Virus record (IMG/VR): IMGVR_UViG_3300027586_000011
Span: 1-53,808 of that record
Origin: a virus
Taxonomy: Duplodnaviria; Caudoviricetes
Strand: one strand, 5' to 3'
DNA: 53,808 nt
The notes beneath the pieces were generated by a model, which worked only from the letters and a program-made list of their open reading frames with translations, did no database searches and was not told the DNA's origin. Both the position numbers and the translations under genes were made by a program. Each line of letters opens with the position of its first letter. Positions within the stretch are counted from its first letter, which is position 1. Of the stretch, positions 7,932 through 18,165 are shown piece by piece.

Positions 7932-10900
7932 ATGTCTACTCCATCGAACCTATATGCAGAAAAAATATTTAGTGAGCATCCAACTGCTTTGTGGGCGCTT
8001 GATGATCCAGTAGATTATTTATCATTAATTACAGAAAACCAAAGAAATATGGTTTCTTGGCCAACACCAATAAATGGATCAGTATCGACATATAGTGAAT
8101 TCTCTAACCAGCCTTTTGTTTCAAGTTCAATGTTCAAAGTTACAATGACAAGCCATGCCTCTAATATAAACTATACAACGCTTGTAAGTAATGACATAAC
8201 AAATTTTAGCAACCTTAGTAGCGACCTTGGAACATTTTCAATTGGTACATACATAAACTCAATAAGTCCATATATCGCAGAAGTTGCCATTGGCTTTGAG
8301 TATAATAGTTCTTATACTGGAGAGTTAATCCAAAACATAAAGAACTACACAATGCAAATTTCAGACTCTTGGAATTTTATTTCTGAAACATTTGATAGGC
8401 CAGATGACAACACTACCTTTAGAGTTGTAATAAAAATTGGCGCCTACTCTGGCGGGACAAATTCAGAGTATGATTTTTTAATAAATGGATTAACTGTAGG
8501 ACAATGGTCAGAAGAGTTTAATTCTTCTTCTCTTGGAATTTCCCCATCATCTTTACCAAGCACCATATCAATTCTTGGAGGATCAAGCGGGTACACAGCG
8601 AAAGCATATGGACTAGACGAAGACAATGGATACTACCTAATTAATAGCAATATATTAAGAGCAAGAAACAATGGCATTCCGCTATGCTACGGATCCTCAA
8701 ACTTGACATCTGTCTATCCAAACGGAACACTTCCTTCAATCATAATTCCTGGAAAAGGATTTTTAAATGAGGTTGGCAAATATCAAGATTATACTGCAGA
8801 ATTTTGGCTAAGAGTTAATTCTGACGCAGTAACAGAAAAAAGAATCTTTGGACCAATTGCTTCAGATGATGGCTTATATGTGAACGGTCCATTCATAATG
8901 CTTAAAATAAATAATAATACAAAATCTCACTATGTCGGAGAATGGTATAGACCAATGCTAATTGACATAAGAGTTTTAAAAAATTCTGCATCACTTTTAA
9001 TAAATGGAGAAGAAGTTCTATCAATGTCTTTTCAGACATCTGATTTGATTTTTCCAGAAGAATACTCGGTTGATAATAAAAATCAAAACTGGCTAGGGTT
9101 TTGGTCTTATGAGGATGTTACCCCAATGGAACTAGACTGTTTTGCCCTATACTCTTATTCTGTTTCACAGATGCTTGCAAAAAGAAGGTTTGCTTATGGG
9201 CAAGCAGTTGAGTTTCCAGAAAATATAAATACATCATACAGTGGTTCCTCTGTCTACATTGATTACCCTTTTGCAGATTACACAAGTTCTTATTCTTATC
9301 CCGATTTAGGAAACTGGAGCCAAGGATACAGAGACAACCTATCAATCAATGGAACCACCTTGGCAAACACAGAATACAGTCTTCCAGAAATTGTTTTAAA
9401 TAATAAAACACAGGCACAGTTTTACTCTGATTGTTCATCAGTGCAAAATGAATCTGAAAAATTTTTTGCAATTCAGCACAACAACTCTTCTCAAACAAAT
9501 GGATATATGCTATTTGATAAGTTTGAATATATTCAAGATCTAGTTTACTCTTTCTACGGAATATTTAAAAAGAGAAAATTAGTATCTGGTAAAGAAACAT
9601 TAATTAGGTTCCAGTCTGACCAATCAAACGATTACTTTGAGATATGTTTAAATGATTCAGAAATTAGTTATGAGTTAAGATATAACGATTCTTTAGAAGT
9701 GTTAGCACAGTCTGTTTCTGTTCCTATTGGAGAAAAGTTTATTGCTGGGTTGAACATTCAAAAGTTTGTAGAGTATCACGGTGGAAATGTTGCATCATTC
9801 TTCGGAAATAGGCAATCGTTAAAAATATATCTAGGTGGAAACAAATTAATGGAAAAGACATTCCATGGAAATATTTATAAGTTTGCACTGCTAACAGAAA
9901 GAAACTTTCAAGACATATCTCAACTATTTAATGAAGAGAATGGATTGCCACTACTTTTTGATGATGTTTTTGATATTTATATAAATGCAGATCTCTCTCT
10001 TGGTGCCGATTCTGGATTACTTACACAATCTCAGGTATGGGATTATTATATGGACGGCGGTTCAAAAACTTTACAAGAATATACTAGTAGCCCAGACGAC
10101 ACAGCGTTATGGCCAGAAGAACTTCCTCAAATAGGAGATCACGTGGCAAGTTATACTTTATTTGCAACTACACTATTTGAAGAATACATTTTGGATGTTG
10201 CGGTTCAAGGATACTGGGAAGACAATCTTCCACTAACCTACCTTGCTCAATATGTAACAGATAGCCGTGGTAAAAAGTATTATGACTTAGATTTTATTCA
10301 ATTTAATTTAAATTATCCAGCACCTTCAAAATTTATTCAGGAAACTGTTGACTCTGATTGGTCTTATGCAGAACTTCAAGAAAAGTTTTCTGTTCCAGTT
10401 GTGAGAGAGTATTCTTCATTAGACAATCATCTTTTTACTGGGTATGAAGATTATACTGATTTAAAAAATAACTCTTTAAAAACATTTAGGTATGACACAA
10501 CCGACTCCTTAGTTAAGTCTTATGTAACTTTTCAATATACAGAATCAGGAGCCAATGAATCTGATTCTTATTTTATTTACAAGGAAAAAGCATCAAAATA
10601 TGGAGTAGTGGAGCCAGGAGAAAATTGGATTAATACAAAGTATGAGGTTGTAAACAACATGCTTATCTATCCACCAAAAGATGCAGACATTCTTTCTTTG
10701 TCAATTGTGTATAGCCTTAACTTTATTGTTCGTGGAATCAGATCTGGCAGAATTAAACTTAGAAACCTTCAACTATGTTCACAGGCGTTTAATGCTACTG
10801 AGCCTAACGCCGTAGGAACAAGATTTGGAAACAACATTTATCCTTATAAAAAGTTAAATTATTATTACAACTATAAAACAAGAAACCCATTTACAATTTA

Positions 10901-11672
10901 CAAAGGAAGCACACCGTATTTATATTTGACAAGATTCAGCGGTATAGAGTTAAAAGACCAGTATGATCCTAAGATTAACAGAGGTCTTGCAATTCCTATT
11001 AACGAGTCAGAATCTAATAACTACAAGATATCATCAATTCAGATGGCAGTAAGATTTGACCAAGACTTTTTCCCATACTCAGAAGTACAAATTTTTCAAA
11101 TAGAATCTAAGGATGAACTTATAAAGGTTTTTATGAAAGCAAGCCAAAGAGATGGCAAGAGGGCAAAGATCTATGCAGTAAACGCTTCAACTGGCCAAGT
11201 AGATAATGGTATCTCATTTTATATTAATGGAAATGTAGTTAGAGAGCCACACATATCGGTTAAAGAGTGGGCATTTCTTGGAATGAACTTCACTGGTCTT
11301 TTAGATTTTAAAAATACTGTTGGATCATTAAACTTAACTGGTCCACTTACATTTAACACCATATCGTACTATAAGTCCACTCACCTACAAGAGATTCAGC
11401 AACAGTCAACGAGACCTTGGTTTAGAATTCAGGGCAATTTTAATAATGAAATCCCCTGGGATTTTTGGAGAACTCCAACTATTAAATGGAATGGTGTGCT
11501 CATTTTCTCAACAAAAAACTATTATGGAGTAGATCCTTCAGATGTTTATAAGAGTTATACAGGAACAGATAAGATAATCGTAGATTCTGACAAGGTTTTT
11601 AGTATCAATAGGTACAAATATACTATATATGGCGATGTTCAATGGCAACAGTCGGTCATCGATGCACTCTAA
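7932..11672 (+). CDS. Large virion structural protein, probably with LamG/concanavalin-like beta-sandwich domains
   Basis: 1246 aa. SEHPTALWALDD start and YTAEFWLRV, SLLINGEEV, SFYINGN beta motifs; lies upstream of the portal. Confidence 0.5.
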   Translation: MSTPSNLYAEKIFSEHPTALWALDDPVDYLSLITENQRNMVSWPTPINGSVSTYSEFSNQPFVSSSMFKVTMTSHASNINYTTLVSNDITNFSNLSSDLGTFSIGTYINSISPYIAEVAIGFEYNSSYTGELIQNIKNYTMQISDSWNFISETFDRPDDNTTFRVVIKIGAYSGGTNSEYDFLINGLTVGQWSEEFNSSSLGISPSSLPSTISILGGSSGYTAKAYGLDEDNGYYLINSNILRARNNGIPLCYGSSNLTSVYPNGTLPSIIIPGKGFLNEVGKYQDYTAEFWLRVNSDAVTEKRIFGPIASDDGLYVNGPFIMLKINNNTKSHYVGEWYRPMLIDIRVLKNSASLLINGEEVLSMSFQTSDLIFPEEYSVDNKNQNWLGFWSYEDVTPMELDCFALYSYSVSQMLAKRRFAYGQAVEFPENINTSYSGSSVYIDYPFADYTSSYSYPDLGNWSQGYRDNLSINGTTLANTEYSLPEIVLNNKTQAQFYSDCSSVQNESEKFFAIQHNNSSQTNGYMLFDKFEYIQDLVYSFYGIFKKRKLVSGKETLIRFQSDQSNDYFEICLNDSEISYELRYNDSLEVLAQSVSVPIGEKFIAGLNIQKFVEYHGGNVASFFGNRQSLKIYLGGNKLMEKTFHGNIYKFALLTERNFQDISQLFNEENGLPLLFDDVFDIYINADLSLGADSGLLTQSQVWDYYMDGGSKTLQEYTSSPDDTALWPEELPQIGDHVASYTLFATTLFEEYILDVAVQGYWEDNLPLTYLAQYVTDSRGKKYYDLDFIQFNLNYPAPSKFIQETVDSDWSYAELQEKFSVPVVREYSSLDNHLFTGYEDYTDLKNNSLKTFRYDTTDSLVKSYVTFQYTESGANESDSYFIYKEKASKYGVVEPGENWINTKYEVVNNMLIYPPKDADILSLSIVYSLNFIVRGIRSGRIKLRNLQLCSQAFNATEPNAVGTRFGNNIYPYKKLNYYYNYKTRNPFTIYKGSTPYLYLTRFSGIELKDQYDPKINRGLAIPINESESNNYKISSIQMAVRFDQDFFPYSEVQIFQIESKDELIKVFMKASQRDGKRAKIYAVNASTGQVDNGISFYINGNVVREPHISVKEWAFLGMNFTGLLDFKNTVGSLNLTGPLTFNTISYYKSTHLQEIQQQSTRPWFRIQGNFNNEIPWDFWRTPTIKWNGVLIFSTKNYYGVDPSDVYKSYTGTDKIIVDSDKVFSINRYKYTIYGDVQWQQSVIDAL

Positions 11673-11674
11673 TA

Positions 11675-11683
11675 TGGTATACT
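11675..11683 (+). promoter_or_regulatory. Extended -10 promoter (TGGTATACT), likely leaderless start at 11691
   Basis: ATG 7 nt after the -10 hexamer; no SD. Confidence 0.55.
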
Positions 11684-11690
11684 TATGGTT

Positions 11691-12095
11691 ATGAATATGG
11701 AAAATCCAAAGAAAAAGAAGAAGTCTGCCCCCAGAATGAAGGGGCAAGTGGGAGAGTCCCGTGTAAAAGTTATTGAAAAACACTACGAGTGGGGTCTTTA
11801 TGTATACAAAAAGGCTAACGGAAAATGGTTTACAGATGGAACTGGTTCTGTTTTAAATATTCAATCTCAAAAAGGTGACATATTTCAGATATCTAAACTT
11901 AAAGAAGCAGCAAAATATTACGGGGATGAAGGAGATGGAACATGCGTATTCGTTCCAGGACTAACAAGAATCTCAGAAGAAGAATACTCTGAGCAAAAGC
12001 AAAGACTATCAGAAGGACTTATTCCTTCAATGAACGATCTTGGAGCAGTTCAGGCAGCCAAGGACACTATTGCGAAATACGGAAGTGATGACTAA
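11691..12095 (+). CDS. Hypothetical protein preceding portal
   Basis: ORF coupled to the portal by TAATG overlap. Start chosen from promoter spacing (track start 11685). Confidence 0.6.
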   Translation: MNMENPKKKKKSAPRMKGQVGESRVKVIEKHYEWGLYVYKKANGKWFTDGTGSVLNIQSQKGDIFQISKLKEAAKYYGDEGDGTCVFVPGLTRISEEEYSEQKQRLSEGLIPSMNDLGAVQAAKDTIAKYGSDD

Positions 12096-13681
12096 TGAGT
12101 GAAGACAAAGAATTTTTTATTAGAGCAAAGACAGATGTTCCTCTTCCAGAAGATGACACATTTATAAAGCAAGACCCATTCAATCAGTCTTGGGATGTAA
12201 TTAAAGACCTTCAAGGACTTGACGCTAACTTTAAAAGAAGAACCTCTAGAATAATTAAAGGTGAAGCAACTCAAGCATACATTGATAGTTCAAGAGCAGA
12301 CAGCGTTGGTATTGATGGAGCAAGATCTAAAGAGATTAACTCAGGAGCAGTATTTAGAAATGCCTACGGACTCTTTGATGTAATTACTCCACCTTGGAAT
12401 TTATACGAACTTGCAAGTTTTTATGACACATCATTTGCTAATCACGCAGCCATCGATGCAAAGGTAGAAAACATTGTTGGTCTTGGTTACGAGTTTAAAG
12501 TTTCAAAGAGAACTATGCTTAAGTTGGAAGCCTCAGAGCCAAAGACTTCTGAGAATGCAAGAAAAAGAATTGAAAGAGCAAAGATTGAAATGACCGATTG
12601 GCTTGAGTCTTTAAATGATGAAGATTCTTTTACAACAACAATGGAAAAGGTTTTTACCGATTTACAGGCAACAGGAAATGCTTATCTAGAAGTAGGAAGA
12701 ACTGTTCGTGGAGACATTGGATATGTTGGTCATATTCCATCTACGACAATGCGTGTTCGTAGATTGCGTGATGGATATGTTCAGGTTATTGGAAACAAGG
12801 TTGTTTATTTCCGTAACTTTGCAGCAACAAATCCAAACCCACTAGGAACAGATGCTCGTCCAAATGAGATTATTCACTTTAAAGAATACTCACCACTAAA
12901 TACATTTTATGGAGTACCAGACATTATGTCTGCAATTGGATCACTACACGGAGATCAACTTGCATCACAATACAACATTGACTACTTCCAGAACAAGGCG
13001 ACTCCAAGATATGTTGTAACTCTTAAGGGTGCTAAGTTGTCCGCCGAAGCAGAAGACAAGATGTTTAGATTTTTGCAGACAGGTTTAAAGGGGCAGAATC
13101 ACAGAACTCTTTATATTCCATTGCCAGGAGACTCTGACACTAACAAGGTAGAGTTTAAGATGGATCCTGTAGAAAACGGAATTCAGGAAGCATCATTTAA
13201 AGAATACAGAAAACAGAATAGAGATGACATTCTTGTTGCTCACCAGGTTCCTCTTTCTAAGATTGGTGGTTCTGATTCTTCGGCCATCGCTGCAGCACTT
13301 TCACAAGATCGTACCTTTAAGGAGCAGGTTGCAAGACCAGCACAAAGAAATCTTGAAAAGATGATTAATAAAATTGTAAAAGAAAAGACAGATATATTAG
13401 AGTTTAAGTTTAACGAACTTACTCTTACAGATGAAATTGCTCAGTCACAGATTATCGAAAGACTTGTTAAGACACAGGTTATGCTTCCAAACGAGGGCAG
13501 AGAACTTCTTGGTCTTCCACAGATTGAAGGTGGCAACGAGCCCTTTGATCCAAAGCCAGAACAGGCAGCAAACGATAATGCAGACAGAGCACGAGACACT
13601 GAAAGAACAAACAACCAGTCTGATGGACCAGCCACAGTAAGTGGAAGAAATCCAAAAGGCGAAGGCCGAGCATCTCAATAA
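12095..13681 (+). CDS. Portal protein
   Basis: 528 aa. TGNAYLEV, NEIIHFK, FYGVP, YFQNKATP and ILVAHQVP are HK97/lambda-type portal motifs; precedes protease and capsid. Confidence 0.9.
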   Translation: MSEDKEFFIRAKTDVPLPEDDTFIKQDPFNQSWDVIKDLQGLDANFKRRTSRIIKGEATQAYIDSSRADSVGIDGARSKEINSGAVFRNAYGLFDVITPPWNLYELASFYDTSFANHAAIDAKVENIVGLGYEFKVSKRTMLKLEASEPKTSENARKRIERAKIEMTDWLESLNDEDSFTTTMEKVFTDLQATGNAYLEVGRTVRGDIGYVGHIPSTTMRVRRLRDGYVQVIGNKVVYFRNFAATNPNPLGTDARPNEIIHFKEYSPLNTFYGVPDIMSAIGSLHGDQLASQYNIDYFQNKATPRYVVTLKGAKLSAEAEDKMFRFLQTGLKGQNHRTLYIPLPGDSDTNKVEFKMDPVENGIQEASFKEYRKQNRDDILVAHQVPLSKIGGSDSSAIAAALSQDRTFKEQVARPAQRNLEKMINKIVKEKTDILEFKFNELTLTDEIAQSQIIERLVKTQVMLPNEGRELLGLPQIEGGNEPFDPKPEQAANDNADRARDTERTNNQSDGPATVSGRNPKGEGRASQ

Positions 13682-13710
13682 TTGAGATAGCGTAAAAAGG
13701 GCTCTATAAT
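13682..13710 (+). promoter_or_regulatory. SigA-type promoter TTGAGA-17-TATAAT
   Basis: -35 at 13682-13687, -10 at 13705-13710; ATG 13721 follows with no SD. Confidence 0.5.
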
Positions 13711-13720
13711 GTATACTAGC

Positions 13721-15067
13721 ATGACTATCTCAAAAGCACACTGGAATACAGACGGTGAGAATATTCGCCTATCAATGCCACTTAGTAAGGTGGACAAAGA
13801 CAGGCGTACCGTTTCTGGGTTTGCATCATTAGACAACCTTGACAAGCAAGATGATATTGTAACATCAGAAGCATCAATGGATGCATTTGCAAAATTCCGA
13901 GGTAACATTAGAGAAATGCATCAGCCATCAGCAGTAGGCAAAATGGTATCATTTAAAGAAGACAAGTACTTTGATCCAGAAACTAAAAAGTTTTATAAAG
14001 GTGTTTTTGTCTCTGCATATATTTCAAAAGGTGCACAAGATGCTTGGGAAAAAGTTCTTGACGGAACATACACAGGCTTTTCAATTGGCGGAAGAATGAA
14101 TAAGTGGGATGATGCTTATGATGAAAAATCAGATAAAACAATTAGAGTTATTAAAGAATATGATTTGGTAGAGTTGAGTCTTGTTGATTCCCCTGCAAAT
14201 CAGTTTGCAAATATTATGTCAGTTGAAAAAGTTGATGGACTAGATGTTATAAAAGGTGACGAAACAATTTTAGAGAATGTATTTTGGGACAAGCAATCAG
14301 GTTTGGTTATGCTTTCACAAAATGAATCAGAAGTTAGCCCAACTTCAGGTGAACCAATGGCAAACATAGGGTTCGTTGAAAAAACGGATAATGAAAAAAC
14401 AAACATGATAAAATTCTTAGTTGATAGTGCTAAAGGCATTAATACTTCTAAGATTAACAAGGAGGTAAGTCCTATGACAGAAAACACAGAAATGGTTGCA
14501 GAAGTTCTTGAAACAGAAGCACCAGTAGAAGTAGAAAAGTCAGAGGTCGCTCCAGAGGCAGATGCTAATACTCAGGAAGTAGCAAAGGCTGCACCATGTG
14601 CAGACTGCGGAAAGGCTATGGACGCATGCGAATGCGATTCAAAGGCTGACGCAAAAGAGGAAGAAGCAGAAGACAAGAAGCCAATGGCTCCTAAGTCAGA
14701 TGAAGTAGTTGTAGAAGCAGATGCACCAGCACTTGCAGAAGCAGTTGCAGAAACTAACGATGGTCTTGAAAAAGCCTTTAGCGATCTAGTTTTAACAGTT
14801 AAGTCATTGCAGGCAGAAGTAGAAATGCTTAAGTCTTCAAAGGTTGATGTTGAAACAGCAAAAACATCATTTGAAGCAGTTGCAAAAGATATTGCAGCAG
14901 TATCAAGTGATTTCAATGAATTTGGTAAGCGTGTGGAACTTGTAGAGCAAGACACTGCTTTCCGAAAGTCTGGCGATCTCGGCGAGATAGTACAGAATCA
15001 ACCTGAAACGGTTGAAAAATCCCTATGGGGCGGTAGTTTCCTCAAAACAGCCGACTTATTCAATTAA
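13721..15067 (+). CDS. Prohead (capsid maturation) protease fused to acidic coiled-coil scaffold
   Basis: RTVSGFAS, IREMH, GFSIGG and ELSLVDSPAN are HK97-type protease motifs; E/A/K-rich C-terminal half. Track start is 13709. Confidence 0.88.
   Translation: MTISKAHWNTDGENIRLSMPLSKVDKDRRTVSGFASLDNLDKQDDIVTSEASMDAFAKFRGNIREMHQPSAVGKMVSFKEDKYFDPETKKFYKGVFVSAYISKGAQDAWEKVLDGTYTGFSIGGRMNKWDDAYDEKSDKTIRVIKEYDLVELSLVDSPANQFANIMSVEKVDGLDVIKGDETILENVFWDKQSGLVMLSQNESEVSPTSGEPMANIGFVEKTDNEKTNMIKFLVDSAKGINTSKINKEVSPMTENTEMVAEVLETEAPVEVEKSEVAPEADANTQEVAKAAPCADCGKAMDACECDSKADAKEEEAEDKKPMAPKSDEVVVEADAPALAEAVAETNDGLEKAFSDLVLTVKSLQAEVEMLKSSKVDVETAKTSFEAVAKDIAAVSSDFNEFGKRVELVEQDTAFRKSGDLGEIVQNQPETVEKSLWGGSFLKTADLFN
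14474..15067 (+). CDS. Nested in-frame scaffold protein (197 aa)
   Basis: SD AAGGAGGT (14459-14466) 7 nt before an in-frame ATG at the protease/scaffold boundary; TGATAAAAT at 14406-14414. Confidence 0.65.
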   Translation: MTENTEMVAEVLETEAPVEVEKSEVAPEADANTQEVAKAAPCADCGKAMDACECDSKADAKEEEAEDKKPMAPKSDEVVVEADAPALAEAVAETNDGLEKAFSDLVLTVKSLQAEVEMLKSSKVDVETAKTSFEAVAKDIAAVSSDFNEFGKRVELVEQDTAFRKSGDLGEIVQNQPETVEKSLWGGSFLKTADLFN

Positions 15068-15102
15068 AAATAAAATAAGTAAATTCACTAGGAGGTGACA
15101 AT

Positions 15103-16248
15103 ATGTCGGAACAAAATATAGAAAAGAACCAGCCAGGTACTTCAGGTAACCTAGGCGGAACAGCACCAGGACTCTATCAGGGTCAGGGAGCGTTTGCATC
15201 TGGATCAGATGCAGGTTCAAATACACCAGGTAATTACACCGATGGTGGTGTCTTGGGTAATATCCCAACAGCGCTATCAGGAGTAAACTCTGGACCAAAT
15301 GCAGTTAACCCTTCAGGTGAGGCTGGATCAGGTATCCTACGCCCAGAGCAAGCACGTCGTTTTATTGACTACGTGTGGGATGCTACCATTCTCGCCCAAG
15401 ATGGCCGTCGCGTTACAATGAGAGCCAATACAATGGAACTCGAAAAGGTAAACGTCGGAGAGCGTGTAATTCGTGCAGCAGCGCAAGCAGTTGGCGACTA
15501 CACAAACGCAGGTGCAACATTCTCAAAGGTTGAATTGACTACAAAGAAGATTCGTCTTGACTGGGAAGTATCTGCAGAAGCACTAGAAGATAACATCGAA
15601 GGTGCACAACTAGAAGATCACATTGTCCGTTTGATGACAAATGCTTTCGGTAATGATATCGAAGACCTTGCAATCAATGGAACAGGCACAGGATCAGACG
15701 CATTCCTTGCAATCATGCAAGGCTTTGTTCATAAGGTAAAGAATGACGGAGATGCTCATGAGTCAGTTGTAACAGTCGCTAATAACGCCTGGACAACAGA
15801 TGTAATGCAGGACATCATTCTTGCAATGCCACGTAAGTATCGTGCCATCAAGTCTAACTTGAAGTTCTATGCTGGTACAGACGCATTCCAGGGAATCGTT
15901 AAGAATAACGGTACTCTAGCAGACGCAGTCGCAGAAGCATTTGCTTCTCAGGCTGGCGGTACTCCAACAAATCGTCAAGCATATCTTGACGGTGGAGCAC
16001 AGACATTCGGTGGAGCACGTACAACACGTGTTCTCGGAATTGATGTTCAGGAAGTTCCATACTACCCTGCAGGATATGTCGACTTGACATTCCCACAGAA
16101 CCGTGTATGGGGATTCCAGCGTGACATCACTGTAAACCGTGAATACAAGCCAAAGAAGGACACTGTAGAATATACAGTATTCGTACGCTTTGGTCTTGAG
16201 TGGGAAGAGCAAGATGCTATTGCCTACGCAGACGCTGCAGCAGAGTAA
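15103..16248 (+). CDS. Major capsid protein (HK97 fold)
   Basis: Strong SD AGGAGGTGA. Motifs GILRPEQARRFID, EALEDNIEG, DIEDLAINGTG and VLGIDV; position after protease; followed by a terminator. Confidence 0.9.
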   Translation: MSEQNIEKNQPGTSGNLGGTAPGLYQGQGAFASGSDAGSNTPGNYTDGGVLGNIPTALSGVNSGPNAVNPSGEAGSGILRPEQARRFIDYVWDATILAQDGRRVTMRANTMELEKVNVGERVIRAAAQAVGDYTNAGATFSKVELTTKKIRLDWEVSAEALEDNIEGAQLEDHIVRLMTNAFGNDIEDLAINGTGTGSDAFLAIMQGFVHKVKNDGDAHESVVTVANNAWTTDVMQDIILAMPRKYRAIKSNLKFYAGTDAFQGIVKNNGTLADAVAEAFASQAGGTPTNRQAYLDGGAQTFGGARTTRVLGIDVQEVPYYPAGYVDLTFPQNRVWGFQRDITVNREYKPKKDTVEYTVFVRFGLEWEEQDAIAYADAAAE

Positions 16249-16269
16249 TCTGTAAACAGTAAAAAATTA

Positions 16270-16306
16270 GGGGGAGTAGGAGTTAACGCTCTTACTCCCC
16301 TTTATT
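16270..16306 (+). terminator. Intrinsic terminator after major capsid gene
   Basis: 12-bp stem GGGGAGTAGGAG / CTCTTACTCCCC (one G-U), 6-nt loop, then TTTATT. Confidence 0.85.
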
Positions 16307-16314
16307 ACTTATAA

Positions 16315-16323
16315 TGCTATAAT
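16315..16323 (+). promoter_or_regulatory. Extended -10 promoter (TGCTATAAT)
   Basis: Just after the terminator; SD AAGGAGG precedes ATG 16341. Confidence 0.65.
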
Positions 16324-16340
16324 ACTAACAAGGAGGAATT

Positions 16341-16790
16341 ATGGAAAACATTAATGAAAATCCAATTGTTGAAGAAACAGTATACGAAGCACCAGTTTTT
16401 GAAGCACCAGTTGTGGAAGAGCCTGCTGTAGAAGCCCTAGTGGTTGAGGATGTTGTAGAAACTCCAGTTGTAGAAGAGGCTGCTCAGGCAGTTGTAGAAG
16501 CACCTGCATATCAGGCACCTGAAGAAGTTCAGGCACTTGGATCAGTAGCAGAAGGCGTAATTGGAGCAACAACAGCACCAAAGGCACCTGCTAAAAAGAA
16601 GTCACCAAAGGCTGCAGAAAACAGAGAAACTGTAGCAATTTACTCAACAAAAAATGTAACATGGTCAGAGGTGGGTAAAGTAAACCGTGGCTATAACATT
16701 GTTGAAAAGGATGCTGCTGAAAAGTGGCTTACTCGCTCCCATGTTCGTACAGCAACACCAGAAGAAGTTGCTAAGGAATTTGGTAAGTAA
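16341..16790 (+). CDS. Hypothetical head-associated protein with acidic low-complexity N-terminus
   Basis: E/V/A/P-rich N-terminal ~65 aa, K/A/P linker, small globular C-terminus; strong SD. Confidence 0.65.
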   Translation: MENINENPIVEETVYEAPVFEAPVVEEPAVEALVVEDVVETPVVEEAAQAVVEAPAYQAPEEVQALGSVAEGVIGATTAPKAPAKKKSPKAAENRETVAIYSTKNVTWSEVGKVNRGYNIVEKDAAEKWLTRSHVRTATPEEVAKEFGK

Positions 16791-16792
16791 AT

Positions 16793-17719
16793 ATGGAAAT
16801 ATTGAGAGTTCCGCCATACGAAACTATTGCAGTTAATTTTGTTGTCCCAGCAGGGTATAACAATATAGACTTTTACGCAAGAGTAACGGACATGGCGGAT
16901 CTTTCAATCCAAACTGTAGAGTTTTTAGAGTTGTCTACGGGAGAAAATATAAACATTTCTCTTCCTGGAAGATATGACAATGATTACAGAATAGAGTTTT
17001 GTACCCATGGGGCAGACCCAGATGATCCTGAACAAGTCATTCACGAAGAGTTTTATGAATTAATAAGACCATATGTAGACCCAAACACATTAGGAACAAC
17101 AGCATCAGAGATTGCTGAATATACAACATTAGAATTAGTAGCAAGATCAATGATAGACACATTTGTTCCAGAAGGATTTTATAATAAAAAGGTGACAGTC
17201 ATCGGAACTGGTAACGGATCAGATTACTTCTCTTTATGGGAAAAGGTCTATAGAGTATTTAAGGTTTATGAGAATAACCAATTAGTTTATGATAGATCAA
17301 CTCCAGAATTAAACGAGCACGAATATTCAATAACATCAGATAAAACCGCTATACAAAAAATACGTGATGGTGTAGTTAATAGGTATGAGTCCACAGCCCA
17401 AAACCTTCCAATAGCAAGCGGAGATCTTGCCTACTATGGATATGATGGTGTAGGATTCCCTTCAGGATATGATTACACATTTGTTGTTGATCACGGATAT
17501 ATAACAGTACCTGCTGATATTGAGTACGCAGCAAAACTGTTAGTAGAAGATCTTAAGTGTGGAAAACTTGACTATTACAAGAGATACATAACAGCATACA
17601 ACACAGATCAATTTAGAATTCAATTTGACAAAGCAATGCTTAGCGGAACAGGAAACTTCCTAGTAGATAAGATACTGGAGAAGTATGTTAAAAACATTGT
17701 TAAACCAGGGATAATCTAA
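16793..17719 (+). CDS. Probable head-tail adaptor
   Basis: Position after the capsid genes; GYITVPADIEYAAKLL is typical of adaptor C-termini. Confidence 0.65.
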   Translation: MEILRVPPYETIAVNFVVPAGYNNIDFYARVTDMADLSIQTVEFLELSTGENINISLPGRYDNDYRIEFCTHGADPDDPEQVIHEEFYELIRPYVDPNTLGTTASEIAEYTTLELVARSMIDTFVPEGFYNKKVTVIGTGNGSDYFSLWEKVYRVFKVYENNQLVYDRSTPELNEHEYSITSDKTAIQKIRDGVVNRYESTAQNLPIASGDLAYYGYDGVGFPSGYDYTFVVDHGYITVPADIEYAAKLLVEDLKCGKLDYYKRYITAYNTDQFRIQFDKAMLSGTGNFLVDKILEKYVKNIVKPGII

Positions 17720-18165
17720 TGATCTGCGAGCAACCAGATTATATTTTTCCAATGCAAGCAGATGTATATTATCCTCTTGTTGAACAAGGTCCATATGGAA
17801 ATGTAAAAAAAGCATGGATACAAGACAGAACAATTGCAGCCAATTTTAATTCTGCTGGTTCTGCAACAAAAGAAGATGTTGTTCCAAATGTAAACATTAC
17901 ACAAAAAAGTATTCTAATCGGCAGATGCAAAACAGACATAAGAGTATCTAGCCTTGATGCAAATAATGCCATGACTAACATAATCCTAACAAACATAAGA
18001 GATAAAAACTGCAACGAAATTTATGTAGAGACATCAGGTCCAAGATCAGGAAAGTCTACAATTTTTGAAATAGCAACACAAGAACCGTTTGTTGGCCCTT
18101 TTGGTGGAATTGAGTATTACAACTTACTCATTCGCAGGTCTGAAAACCAGGCGGTAGACATTTGA
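17719..18165 (+). CDS. Probable head closure/stopper protein
   Basis: Size, synteny and TAATG coupling. Confidence 0.5.
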   Translation: MICEQPDYIFPMQADVYYPLVEQGPYGNVKKAWIQDRTIAANFNSAGSATKEDVVPNVNITQKSILIGRCKTDIRVSSLDANNAMTNIILTNIRDKNCNEIYVETSGPRSGKSTIFEIATQEPFVGPFGGIEYYNLLIRRSENQAVDI

